Position numbers and translations under genes: made by a program. DNA of 62,985 bases, the filler included, from Chiloscyllium plagiosum (taxonomy: Eukaryota): the NCBI RefSeq assembly GCF_004010195.1. It is 11 parts of 11 records of this genome, joined end to end, with 100 filler letters (N's around TTAATTAATTAA, not from the genome) between each part and the next. Parts side by side here need not be neighbours in the genome. Positions count along the whole stretch, not along the records: positions 1 to 29,436 come from NC_057746.1; 10 more parts are not named here. One strand, 5' to 3'. The notes beneath the pieces were generated by a model. That model saw nothing but the letters and a program-made list of their open reading frames with translations, made no database searches and was not told the origin of the DNA. Positions 1 to 12,900 of the stretch are shown here, piece after piece (within the stretch, counting starts at the first letter, position 1; each line of letters opens with the position of its first letter).

Positions 1-993
1 ACCAGCTTTTGTTTATTTGTGAGGCCAAGCCCAGAAGTTAATTCTACATTAGTTCCTGATCAAAACGTCTGTCAATACTTCATCACGGAGGAAGAAGACT
101 GTGTTTTAAGAGCCAGCAGAAGTTGGCTATTAATGAGGTCAGTATCTGGGAATTGGTTCCAGGAAGTCTGAAAAAGATGCTCAGTCAGGTGGCAGATGCT
201 AAATGATAACTTGGACCCCGTGGAGGAAGCAGTCAATCTGTTAGTGAGTGGTCAGAGTTTGAATTAGGACTTGGGAGTGTTTTTTTTATGACAGGGAATC
301 TGGCTGTTGATGTTACAAGATGAAGATTTGAAAGCTCTCTGCCTAACCTCCGTAGGTAGTTCATGGCAGCTCAGACGGAAAACTAAGTGAGACGTATTTC
401 TCTCTTTATCTGGGTGAACTGTAAAGGTGACCCTAATTGGCATCTTCAGATGATTGATCAAGAAACAATCATCTCTGTGTGTGAATTCATGCATCGTGAA
501 AATCGTGTAAGTAATCTGGCCAGTTTTGTTGTTTTATTCATCCTTTTAACTTTTTTTTTCTCTGTTTTCAGCCTCATTTACACAAAAGAGTTTATCGCCG
601 AGACAACAACTAGATTATTTTGGCAGAGTAAAATTAAACCACAAAGTTACTGTGTTGTTAGTAACTGACAAAGTCTTTTGTTTAATTATGAAAGTGTGTT
701 TATAGTTGATTATTTACTGAGTTGAGACTGGTTATTCAAGTCTGATTAGAAACTATTGAGGGTCTTTGAAAGTATTAATTTTACTGTGTTGTGCATACCA
801 AGATAGAAAAGCTGGTTTGGTTTGGCTGATTGTCATAACAATACAATAAATAAGTTTTCTTGTTAATGATTAGGTACTCTTGTAATTTGAATTCAGTGAT
901 TTAATCAAATTTTCACATTGTGCCAACTCCAGAAATAGTGGGATTTGATTTCCAATGCCCTATTTCAGGAAATAGTTTGAAAGCACTTTTTTT

Positions 994-1595
994 ACATTAG
1001 ACTCCCTACAGTGTGGAAACAGGCCCTTCAGCCCAATCAATCCACACCGACCCTCTGAAGAGTAACCCACCCAGACCCATTTCCCTCTGACTAATGCACC
1101 TAACACTATGGGCAATTTAGCATGGTCAATTCACCTGACCTGCACATCTTTGGATTGTGGGAGGAAACCGGAGCACCCGGAAGAAACCCACGCAGACACG
1201 GGTAAATGTGCAAACTCCTCACAGGAGGTTACCCAAGGCTGGAATCAAACCTGGGACACTGGTGCTGTGAGGCAGCAGTGCTGACCACGAGCCACCGTGC
1301 CGCCCAAATATGATTAGATTCTCTACAGTATGGAAATAGGACCTCCGGCCCAACAACCCCACACAGACCGTCTGACGAGTAATCCACCCAGACCCATTCC
1401 CATACCGTATGGGCAATTTAGCATGGCCGGTTCACCTGACCTGCACATCTTTGGAAACCAGAGCACCCAGAGGAAACCCACATAGACACAGCAACAATGT
1501 GCAAACTCCACACAGACAGTTGTCCAAGGCTGGAATCGAACCCAGGTCCCTGGTGCTGTGAGGCAGCAGTGTTAACCACTGAGCCACCGTGCCAA
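994..1595 (-). mobile_element. Two tandem HE1-type tRNA-derived V-SINEs
   Basis: GGGCGGCACGGTGGCTC(A)GTGG head with box A/B; (AATCT)n-type tail. Confidence 0.88.
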
Positions 1596-2904
1596 CTGTT
1601 CAGCTGGGAGTTTGGAATAAAAGCAATGTGCGATTCTGTGTGGAGTTAGTGGATGTGATAAAGAATTGAAGGATAAACATCCAGGTTAGGATGAGCGTTT
1701 TTGTTCCCTAAAGGATATTAGTGCTAGGTTTCAATGTAAGCTGATGATATATTTACTGTCCAATTCACCATTTTGTCTCCAGTTCACAGGGTTCTCCATG
1801 TTAAAAGATCTCTCATTGTTCTGAAACTATTCTGATTGTATTCAAGAAATTCATGATTTTTGGGCATGTAAATTTTTCTATTGTAACCACTGTCCCTTTA
1901 CACAACACTTCTTTCATTATAACCTTCCCATTACTTCATCACTGTTATCAGTACTGTAGGCAAACCCCATTAATATCCTAACTGCTTTTTGACTCCTTAA
2001 TTCCACCCATATCAATCTCCTGAATGCTAAAATGCATCCTTTTGCAATACTTCTTCTGTTTCATCTTTTTCTTTTAGAATGGATGGCTCAGTTGGAAAAC
2101 TTTCAGTCTGATACACTTATATATGAAACATCCCATTACTGGATATGGTGTTACTCTGTTTGCCTGTGTTGGGACCACTGTGACATTTATCACCCATGCA
2201 AGTATGTAGTGCAGAGAAATGGTTCTCTGAGGTAGTTCGCCGTCTCTTTCTATACTGTGTCTAGGGCCTGTCCTAATATAGTATTATGGATAGACCATTG
2301 AAGAGGTTTGAGAGAAGAGGTACTGGTCTTGGTTAAATGGTTCATTGCCTGAAATCAAGAAGTACAACTTGCATTACAAGTGATAACTCGGACTGGTAGG
2401 AGCTGTATAGAATACATATTGAGCTCCCAAAAGGTGATCATGTAGGATTCAACTGTCTCCACCCAAAGACTGTAGGTGACCTCATCAGATTGGGTGGAGC
2501 TCAATATAACTTCTTTTGAACCATTACCATATATAACATCTTCCCACAAGGTTTTACCCGACAGTTAACCCATTATATATTCATGTAGGTTCAATAGTAT
2601 TATGTTTACTAGTGACCCAGTTCTCACACCCCGAAGATTCTGCCTTCACAAATGTAAACAATGATTACTCGTTGTCCTGATGGCAGCTGGAGTACTGGCA
2701 ACTTGCTTGCGTTCAGAGTGGCATGTCCACTTCTGGGTCCTCCAGCTCCCCCATTACTGCTGCTAAATTATCCCTGTGGTAAACAAACAGACCATTTCTA
2801 CAAGGCAGCAAACATCAAGGCATTTTACAGTTTACACACAGCATAACCCTGTGATTCTGATCAATGAACACTTTCTCATGAATAAATCTTCATTTTATGG
2901 AGCT

Positions 2905-3065
2905 AAGTGTGACTCCTTACTCTCATACTCCCGTTAGCGTGATTCCCTCCCCTCACTCTCCCCCTGTCAGTGTAACTCACTCCCCTCTCTCTCCCCCTCT
3001 GTCAATGTGACTCCTTCCCCTCACTCCCCCTGTCAGTGTGACTCCCTCCCCTCACTCTCCTCCTG
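2905..3065. repeat. Minisatellite of about 32 bp, about 5 copies
   Basis: Variants of TGTCAGTGTGACTCCCTCCCCTCACTCTCCCC. Confidence 0.8.
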
Positions 3066-3210
3066 TTTGGTGAGCTTCTCTGTGAAGTGTCTGTGTATTG
3101 GTCACAATATTAAAGAGGTTGTCTAACTGTAATATTTGATGCATAACTCTTGTCTTTGAGTGGATGCAGTTTAACCTTCCCCGGGTAGTGGGGCCAATGT
3201 CAAAACGTCT

Positions 3211-3557
3211 AGATTAGATTAGATTACTTTAGATTTTTTTTAGATTAGATTAGATTACTTTACAGTGTGGAAACAGGCCCTTCGGCCCAACAATTCCACA
3301 CCGACCCGCCGAAGCGCAAACCACCCAAACCCCTACATTTACCCCTTACCTAACACTACGGACAATTTAGCATGGCCAATTCACCTAACCTGCACATCTT
3401 TGGATGAAAAAAAAAGCGAGCAGCTGTCCTCGCTGCTCCGGGTCTCTCTGTCCCACGCAGACACGGGGAGAATGTGCAAACTCTGCACAGACAGTCGCCT
3501 GAGGCAGGAATTGAACCCGGGTCTCTGGCGCTGTGAGGCAGCAGTGCCGCCCACCGT
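3211..3557 (-). mobile_element. HE1-type SINE with internal rearrangement
   Basis: (TTAGA)n tail; matches 61507-61822 except at about 3406-3450. Confidence 0.85.
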
Positions 3558-3620
3558 GTACTATTAGGCCAAGGATTTTTGTGATTCCTGTGTTTGTTGT
3601 TGAGCTGGTGGCGGACCCTG

Positions 3621-3748
3621 TTCACTCTCACTTCCACTGATTCTTAATTCACAATCTGAATCACACAGTATGAGTCAGCTTACTGGCAGCTGAGGCAGCT
3701 TGTGACTGTTCGTCGTTTTAATTGGTTATATCCCTGAGATGAACCAAT
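3621..3748 (+). promoter_or_regulatory. MHC class I proximal promoter: ISRE-like, AP-1, X1/X2-like and Y-box motifs
   Basis: TTCACTCTCACTTCC 3621-3635; TGAGTCA 3671-3677; GCTTACTGGCAGC followed by TGAGGCA 3691-3697; ATTGG 3721-3725; CCAAT 3744-3748. Confidence 0.55.
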
Positions 3749-3933
3749 AGTTGATACTCTGCGTCTGGAATTTGAGTTCAGGAAATGATCAAAGTTCAAG
3801 GTGAACAGTTAATTCGATTTTATTGTTGTTCTACTGTATGTTCCAGTGTGCAAACATTAATTGATCCCCACCCTCAACCCCAGAGTGTTTTATTCCAAGT
3901 CCCTGGTTAGAATAGGGACAGCAAGTTCCCAGA

Positions 3934-3985
3934 ATGTTGCTGATCCTTTTCTCCATTTCCCTGTGTTTTTCCTGGGTCTCTCCCG
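3934..3985 (+). CDS. MHC class I exon 1, signal peptide [17 protein letters not shown]
   Basis: ATG, hydrophobic 17-mer, then G|GTAAGT donor; lies downstream of promoter-like motifs. Confidence 0.8.
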
Positions 3986-6900
3986 GTAAGTACAGAATTC
4001 AGCTTTCCATTCTCTCTCTCTCTTCTCCAGCTCAGGGCGAAGACAGGAACTCTCCTGGGACTTCACAGGAATGTAAATGTCAGTCGGTTTCTGTCAGGAA
4101 TTAATGTCACAATTGTACTAGTGAAGAGCTGAGGGGCTAATTTCCTTTCATGTCTGTCTCACTCACTGTGTGTCTATGTTCTTTCTCTGACATTCTGTGT
4201 CTCAGTGTGCCACAATCTGTGTGTGTCGGGGGGAGGGGGGGGGGGGGTGCTGTGTATCCTTCTGCATGTATGTGTGTCGCCAGAGATGGTAGTGCCTGAT
4301 ATCGAAGATTCCTTTCTCTCTCCCTCTCTCTGGTTGCCCCTCTCTCTCTTTCTCTCTCTCTGGTTTTCTTGCTCTCTTTTTTTTCTGTGCTCCTGCCTCT
4401 TTCCGTGGACATGTTTCACTGTCTGTTTAATTGTTCCTTTCTGTCTAACAGTCTTGCCCTTTCTCTCTCCCTGCAGTTTTTGCACTGAGGGAAACAGCTT
4501 TTTCTCTCTCTCCTTCTCCTTCCCCACAGACCTAAAATGAGCTGTTGGTTTCTGACGCCCAGTTGTCACATGAGTCTGAAAGTGCCTGATGTTGTCTGCT
4601 CCTCGTTAGTAGCCTCAGTATTTGGATAGGAGACTGTCTGTCTTAAAATACCAGGGGCAGTCATCTTTGAGGCTCCTGTGGCCAGGTCAGAAGGTCTAGG
4701 TCTGAGTCCCACCCTGGAGATTTGTCATAACAAGTTGATTCAAAATGCTTACAGCAGCCTGTTTAATGCTTGAACTGAAAGAATGGTCGACAATAAAAAG
4801 GCAGCTTCCAGGAGCATTTTCTTTCCGATCAGAAATCTTCCGATGTATAGACTCATAGAGATGTACAGCATGGAAGCAGACCCTTCGGTCACACCCATCC
4901 ATGTCGACCAGATATCCCAAACCCAATCTAGTCTCACCTGCCAGCACCTGGCCCCATCCCTATTTTCACTCAATGAAGATTCACTGATCCAAATCTTCAG
5001 GTCTTTGAATTATCAGATTTGGGATCTAGATTGGGAGGCGCAAATCAGGATTCTGGGATTATCTGGGATTCTCCACAACTGTTCGTAACATGGACTTCAG
5101 AATCAGAGACTTGGGTTAGGTATATACACTCTAGAAACACGCTAGGCCAGGTAAAGTTACCCAGTTTAATGCCTGGGTCTACCAGTGATCAGCTAATCAT
5201 TACAACCAGACACCCTAAGCCTGGGACGATATCCTGAGGAACCTGTACAGAGGTGTCCTGGAGCTGAGATAACTGAACTCCAAAAACTACAACCGTCTTC
5301 CTGTGTGCTCCAACCAGCGAAGAGTTTTCCCTTGATACCCATTGATTCCAGTTTTGCTAGAACTTCTTGATGCCATATTTGTCAAATGCAGGATAAAGGG
5401 CTGTGGAAGCAGGCAGGAAACTGGAGGTGAGACCAGGATGAGATCAGCCATGATCATGTTAAATGGCGGAGTGAGCTCGAAGGGCTGAATTGCCCACTGC
5501 CACTCCTAATTCGGGCCAGTCACTCTTTCCTCACCTCTTGAACTGAAAGAAGTAGCTGAAAAAGCAGAAAAGGGTCGGGTTACAGAAGTCGCCACCAGTC
5601 AGGTCAATGCATTCAGTATTGACCCTGATCAGAGGATGTGTGCCAGTGTCTTCGGGGCTTTTTCAGCTGCCGTTAGAACTATGGTAGGAATTTGGTGGTG
5701 TGGATACACTATCCAGATTTCAGCACTCACACCATCATTCTGATTTCACACCGTCACTACGTGGGTGAGTTTTCCTTGATCAGGTGGTAGTGTTTGTAAG
5801 TGTTTATTCAGATGTCCCTTGAATCTGTTAATCTTTATTTTCTACAGACAGGAATGCATTTACAGTTATGTATTTAGCTACCTCTGGCACTGCTGACTTA
5901 CCCGAGTATGTTGGAGTGGGAATGATCAATGGAGTTCCAGTGGCCTATTATGACAGCGGTACCCCTCAGATAATCTCCCGTCAGCAGTGGATGACAGATG
6001 CCTTTGATGAAGAATACTGGGAATATCTCACAAATCGAGGGAATAAACATTGTGCCATTGCAAAAGAGAACTTGAAGATGATAATGAAGAATACAAACCA
6101 GACATCCGGTAAGAGCAACAATACACATACTTCCACTTACCCTTTCTTTATTGTTTCTTCTTCACCCAAAGCTCTGTTTCCATGTGATGCAGTGATTTGT
6201 GGTAGAGTGTAGTCCTTTCGATTTAGCCTACTATATTCACTGCTTGTGATGTGGTCTCCACACACTGGAGAGATCATGCACTCACAGGTGACCATTTTGC
6301 ACAGCATTTCTGTTCACTCTGTGACTCCAGCTTCCTGTCAGCTGATGTTTTATTGATCTACTGAGTTTCCACTCTGATCTTTCTGACCTCAGTCTCCACA
6401 ATAGACAAATGAACAAGGCCAGTGAGTGTGGAGACAGGGTCAAGGTCACAGAACAGATTACAAGTTGGCTTCAAGACAAAATAGAGAACGGGAGTAAACG
6501 ATACTTATTCAGAGCTGCAGAAGGTGGGAAGTCTTCAGACCTGGGACTACTGCTGTTCACAATTTACATCAATCCTTTGGACTTTGGAATCAAAACTTTT
6601 TTAAGTGCAAATGACATGAAATTGGAGGGAGTTGGCTGTGCTTTCTAGGAATTGGAAAGTTATTTATTTGTTAGTAGCTGCAGGTCTAGGTGGGGGGAGA
6701 AGAAAAGGAGATCTTGCCATATAAACACATTATTCACTAAAATCTGCATTTCAGCTTAGCAAAGCCATTGAACAGTGAACCAAGCACTAGGTTTTATATC
6801 TAAAGGAGCAGCATTAAAAATTAGAGAAATTATGCTAAATTTGTATTGATCACACACTGCAACTCTTGTTGCCATATTATGAAAAGGATAAAACATTGGG

Positions 6901-9900
6901 CACTGGAGATGGTGCTGACAGGGTGTATAACATGGGATATCTATCAGAATGCTGTGTTTTTCCAGCACCACATTTTTCAAATACATATCAGAAAAGAATT
7001 GAAAGTTGAGTCCATTCTACCTGAGAGGCAAAAAGGCCTCACGAGTGCATATTGGAGGTTTTAATAACTTTGGAAGATTTTGATTGAGTGGATGTGGAGA
7101 GAACATTTCCACTTTTGGGGAAAATCATTCAAAGCCTTAACGTAAGATAACCAGAAATACCCAACAGAGAATTTAAACTTTTACCCAAAGATTGGAGAAA
7201 ATGTATGGCTCGCCACCACAGGGAGTTATTAAAGTAAATAGTATTGTTACATTTAAAGAGAAGCTAGAGTATTTTGAAGGAAAGGCAATAGATGATCACA
7301 AAGGTAGGTTTGCAGCAAAGAGGATGGGAGGAACTCAGGTTGAGCATAAGCACTTGCAGGGACTGGTTTAACATGTTTCTGTGCCAGAAATCCTGTGTAA
7401 TCCTTCTGAACACTCAATTTCTGTTCCTTTACCCACCAACACTCCCTTTGGCTCTGCAACACCAACTCTTTTGTCATTTAACCTCTCCCCATTCCAGTCT
7501 GTCACTAATCTTCTCCGTTGTTCCATTTCCACTCTCACTTGCTCAAAACCTGTTATGTATTGAAAAACTTTCCCCGTCTGACAATGGTCATCAACCTGAA
7601 ATTCTTCCCCTGTCAGTGGATGCGAGCTGACTTATTATCTCTCAGCTGACTGCTGTGTTCAGTGAGTGCCAGGTGGGCATCCATCTGTAGTTACACTGCA
7701 ACCCATGACCCTTGGGTGTACATACAATGTATGGGCAATCCTGTCCACTGTATTACAGCATTCAATCAGGTAAACCAGGCTAATTCCCTCTTTGATGGGA
7801 TTTTTGTGTAACTGGCAAGGTCAACATTTGTTGCCTGTCCTGAATTTGACATGAACTGGGTGACTTGCTCAGCCTTTTCAGAGGCCAGTTAAGAGTCAAC
7901 CAGATTGCTGTAGGAGTCACATGCTGACAGACTTCCTGTTCTTAAGCACATGTAGTGAAGCAGATGGATAGATTTGATATTACAGTTGATGGTTTCACAG
8001 CTAACAAACCATATTCCTGATTTTGTTACGATCCAGGACAAAGCAGCCCACTTGACTACAGCCAAATCCACCTCTTTTGAAATTCACTCCTGTCACTACA
8101 CTGCACAATTCCCCACACAGTGTACCACCATACTGCAGAATGGCTACAGTGAGTACTATTTGCAAGATGCATTGCAGTAATCCACTCGGACTTCTTTAAC
8201 AAAGTCCTCAAACTAGCAAACTCCATTATCCAGAAAGACAAGTTGATGTTTGTTAACACCTTCAGCTTCACTTCCAAGTCACAGAGCATCCAAAGTTGTT
8301 GCAACCCTGTCCAATAACAGTGAATGGTTAATGATAACTGTAATACTGATAATGTTCACTTGGGTGCCTGTCACAGAGGAATGAATCTGTTTGCAGTTTA
8401 GGAGATATGAGTTGTCGAGAAGTGAAGGAATGCAGCTGTGCTAAGCTGGGAGAAAGAGGGAAAAATTACATATACTTAGGGCTTTTCATAACCTCAGGAC
8501 AGCTCATCTCCAGAGAATCACTGCAAGAATATAGGAAATACAGTAACCAACTTGAACACAGCAAGCTCCCATAGCAAAATGTGACAATGATCCCCACTTA
8601 TTATGATGTTGAATGAGGAGTAAATATTTGTCAATAAAGTGTGGCACTGGAAAAGGCACAGCAGGTCTGATGAAGGATTATGCTCGAAACGTCGACTCTT
8701 TTGCTCCTCAGATGCTGCCTGACCTGCTGTGCCTTTTCCAGCACCACACTTTGTTGACTCTGACTCCCCAGTCCTTACTATCTCCTAGTAAACATTAGTC
8801 AGCAGACTGAGGATAACTCCTCAATGTGTCATCAGAATGCCATGGAATCTTTTACATCTCTCATTAGAGAGAGAGAGAGAGCTGCTGGTCACCATACCTC
8901 AGGCAAGGAGACAGATTGAGGAGGAGAATCCTTCATGGTAACCTCAGCTGGTGTGGGAATTGAACTCATCTGTTGGTTTACTCTGCATTGAAAACTAGCC
9001 ATCCAGCCAGCAGAGCTGACCAATACCCTCAGGTTAAGCAATCACCAGTTCTGTCTTTCTGTGATGAGAGAGAGCAGCCTATGGTCCAGTTGGGCGATGG
9101 TGACTTCACCTTGGAGATGATGCTATATAATGTGAGACTGCTTCAGCAGATCTCTTATTTGCTTTGAAGTGATGTTGAGCCCTGATTCTATGCTAAGACT
9201 AAATCTCTGTATGGGTATATGAATAGGAAGGGATTAGGGGAGTACGGGCTAAATCCTGGCAAACAGGACTAGACTAATTTAGGATATCTGGTCGGCATGG
9301 ATGAGTTGGTTGAAAAGGATCTTTTTCTGTGCTGTGCATCTCTATGACTGTGTCTCTATGAAGCCAGAAATCACACAACACCAGGTTGTAGTCCAACAGG
9401 TTTATTTGAAATCACAAGCTTTCGGAGGGTAGCCCCATCATCAGGTGTAGTGAGAGAGAAGCATACAGACAAGAATCTGGGCAGGGGGATCAAAAGATCA
9501 TAAAAGTGGTGTGAATGGAGTGCCAAATAAGAAGTCGCTGCAGCTGACCAAGGGTGTTAGACAGTGTGAGTAAAATGTCAACAGCTGAATAACAACTGAA
9601 ATCCGATTAAATGAGGCAGAGAGATAATTCCAAAACATTAAAAATACGGTGGTGCTGGAGACAACCCAAATGCCTGGAATAACATGGAATAAAAACGGAA
9701 GCTGCTGGAAAAGCCCAGCAGTATCTGTCTAGAAAAACCAGAAGAAGGGTCACCAGATCCAAGACATTAATTCTGATTTTCCTCCCTATATGAGAGGGAG
9801 TACAAGTTTGGCATTTCATTTGAAAGATGGACAGGCGTTGTGGAGTGTGGGGTGATGGTTGTATGACCATGAAGGGAGCAGAACGCAGGAATATTGTAGC

Positions 9901-12900
9901 AGAGAGGCTGGTGCAGTGATCCTATCTCGTGAGCTGATTGAACTTGCTTTATTGACTACACTCCCCTGGAGATGAGTTCCTCACATTGATTTCCTTGCTG
10001 ATCCTTTTTCATTGACAGTGCGGGTATTGCCAGGATGGCTTCATGTCCCGAGGGGGGGGAACAGGTTTTACCTCCTCCTGTACATTCTCAAAACTATGAT
10101 ATACTGCCCAAGTTCCAGAGAACTGCTTGGGTTTCACAAAATGAAGATATTCACAGACAATAGATTTCTTCCATGCAAGTGTTCCTTCAGTACTGTGTAC
10201 AAACTTGGTTTTACAGTAATAAATCCTGCTGTGAACGAATCAATAAAGAAATCTATTGTAATAATTAGCTAGTTTAATTTTACTAGTATAGCAATGCAGA
10301 GCCCACAGAGAAACCTATTACTGTATTACTGAGCGCACAGAGAAATCCATTACAAAATAAATATACTTTTCTAACGGTAGTACCTTTTGTTTACTGTTCA
10401 TTACTGACAGGAATTCACATTTTCCAATGGATAAGGAAAGTTGAAATAAATGATGACAGCTCCACTAATATCGCGATGCGATTTGGATTTGATGGAAAGG
10501 ACTTTATTAGTTTAGAGCCGGACAGAATGAGATGGGTCGCATCCAATCACTTTGCAGTGAAGACTGCAGAGAAATGGAATTCAGATGAATCCTGGAACAA
10601 ATATTGGAAATGGCAGTTGGAAATAGAACTTGTTGAGCGCTTAAAACTACGCTTACGTTTTGGAAAGGAATATCTCAAAAGGACAGGTATTTATTTCAGT
10701 TCTGATCTAACCTCACTGATCTATGAAACCGTTCTCCCATTACATTCAGTGTCTGTCTATTGTTTGTGGTTTCACCCTTTCCCATCACAGTTCAGCCTGA
10801 AGTGTTCATCTCCAGGAGGGAGCCCAATGGTCAGGACAAGCCGCTCACTCTCTCCTGCCTGGTCACTGGGTTTTATCCTGTAGACATCGAGGTGACCTGG
10901 CTAAGGAATGGAGAGGTCATGTCTGAGACCCAATCCTCGGGGATACGACCGAACCACGATGGGACCCATCAGATCCAGAAAGAGATTGAGATCAGTACTG
11001 GGGATGAGGATCAATACTCCTGTCACATTGAACACAGCAGCCTGGCAGAGGCCCAGCTCTATCAGTGGGGTAAGGAACTATAATCGATATTCATGTGTGA
11101 GGGAGAAAGAGAACAGGGAGAGTGTGTGTAACTAAAAGGATCGAATGAATGAGATATACATAGTTACAGGCAAGAGAAACTGAGACTGTGCCGAAGAAAC
11201 AGATTCAAAAAAAGGAATAAGACAGAAAGAAATGTGGAAAAGTAAAATGAAATACGTCACTAAGCAAGCTATATATTTTTACATTTTGTAATTTTTCTGA
11301 TGGTTTGGCTGCAGGGATTTTTGAATGAATTCAGATTGCCATGTAGCTGTTTGTGTACTGGCAACAGACCACCGGTTAATTCTACACATCACTTAAACTT
11401 TCTGAGAAACTGAATTTACCAGAGATTTGGTGAAGACATTTTGTCAAAATGATGTTTGTCACAAATCACATTTAGTTGGAGGCACCATAATTCCTTGACA
11501 CCATACAAAAGCATATTAAATATTACAATGGCCTCAATCATTCATGCAAAGCATGAGCTGGTATGTAAGTGGGGACCCAATAGTTAGAGACAATCGAGCA
11601 AGGTTTGTTTGGCATCTCCAGTAACTGGTGAGAGTTTTATCTTCCAGCTAGTATACTGTAACATAAAATAAATTTACCAAATGAGTAACTGGTTAACTAA
11701 GTATACAAATACATTTAGATGAAGATAGCAGCACTGATAGTGTGTCATAATTGTAATAAAATGACAGGTCGTGCAGTGTACTGCAATTTTAAAGAACCAT
11801 AACTATGGTAAGTGTCTGCAATTTAAACATGTTTGTATCTGAGTTACCAAGGTAGATTCAGAATTGCAGACATGAGAGTCAGCAAGAGGGTGAGGTACCA
11901 GTTACATTCCTTAGGTTAAGTAGAACTTTAAAGTTGGCCGACTGACTGGGAACAGGAGAGTGTGACTGTGAGTCAGGCAGATGCTGGGATTCAGGATGGA
12001 GTGGTAGGGGAGACTTGGCCAGTAATTGGGAAGCATTTGCCACCAGAGCAATGAGATTAAAGACTATAAGGTGGATGTATGACTAATTGTAGCTCTGTGG
12101 TTCAGGATCCCGTTTGGTGGTGGGGACAGGGTGTGTAGAAAGAATTTTGGTAATAATGGGATATGACGATTCTCTGCAACTGTGAGTGAGAGTTCCCCAA
12201 TGTTTGTGTTCCATTGCCTGGTGCCTTATTAAGGATGTCTTTTCATATCTAGAGATGAACTTGGACTGGAGGTCAAGGGCAGCAAGGGATTCAGTTGTTG
12301 TGGTCCATGCAGAGCCAATGATAGGAATAGAACTCAGAATGAATTTTCACTGACTGAGTTTGAGGAGTTGGCGTGTGCTAAAATGCAAAACCTCAAAGAT
12401 ATTTAGAACAAAGAACAAAGAAAATTTACAACCCAGGAACAGGCCCTCCAGCCCTCCAAGCCTGAGCCGATCCAAATCCACTGTCTAAACCTGTCGCCCA
12501 ATTCCTAAGCATCTGTATCCCTCTGCTCCCCACCTACTCATGCATCTGTCCAGATGCATCTTAAATGAATCTACTGTGCCTGCCTCTACCACCTCTGCTG
12601 GCAATGTTTTCCAAATACCCACCACTCTCTGTGTGAAGTAATTGTCACGTATGCATATGTGGTTGGGGGAGACAGCTGGGACTGAGGGAGAAAGTTGTTA
12701 GACCGATACAATCAATATACTATGCACAAAAAATTAAAAAGTTACATGTCTCATAGTTCCTATTTAGCAGTTACATTCAAATCTAATAAGAAAACTATGT
12801 ATACCTGGATTGTTATCTCAGCCATGTGTTAACCTGAATAGGATCAAGTGGATTAAATGTTAGGCTCAAAAGATAGTTTAAAGAAAAGGGGCCTTGATTC

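Noticed and set aside
994-1595. tRNA genes suggested by box A/B motifs
   Set aside because: These are tRNA-derived SINE heads with SINE bodies and tails, not cloverleaf genes
2240-2760. Possible retroviral gag/pro remnant; also possible LTR-element end at 1-900
   Set aside because: Coding-like but with no diagnostic motif I can support without a search
4137-4569. Hydrophobic or Arg/Glu-rich ORFs (also 47060-47503, 54624-54964)
   Set aside because: Translations of CT/GA low-complexity intronic or V-J spacer DNA
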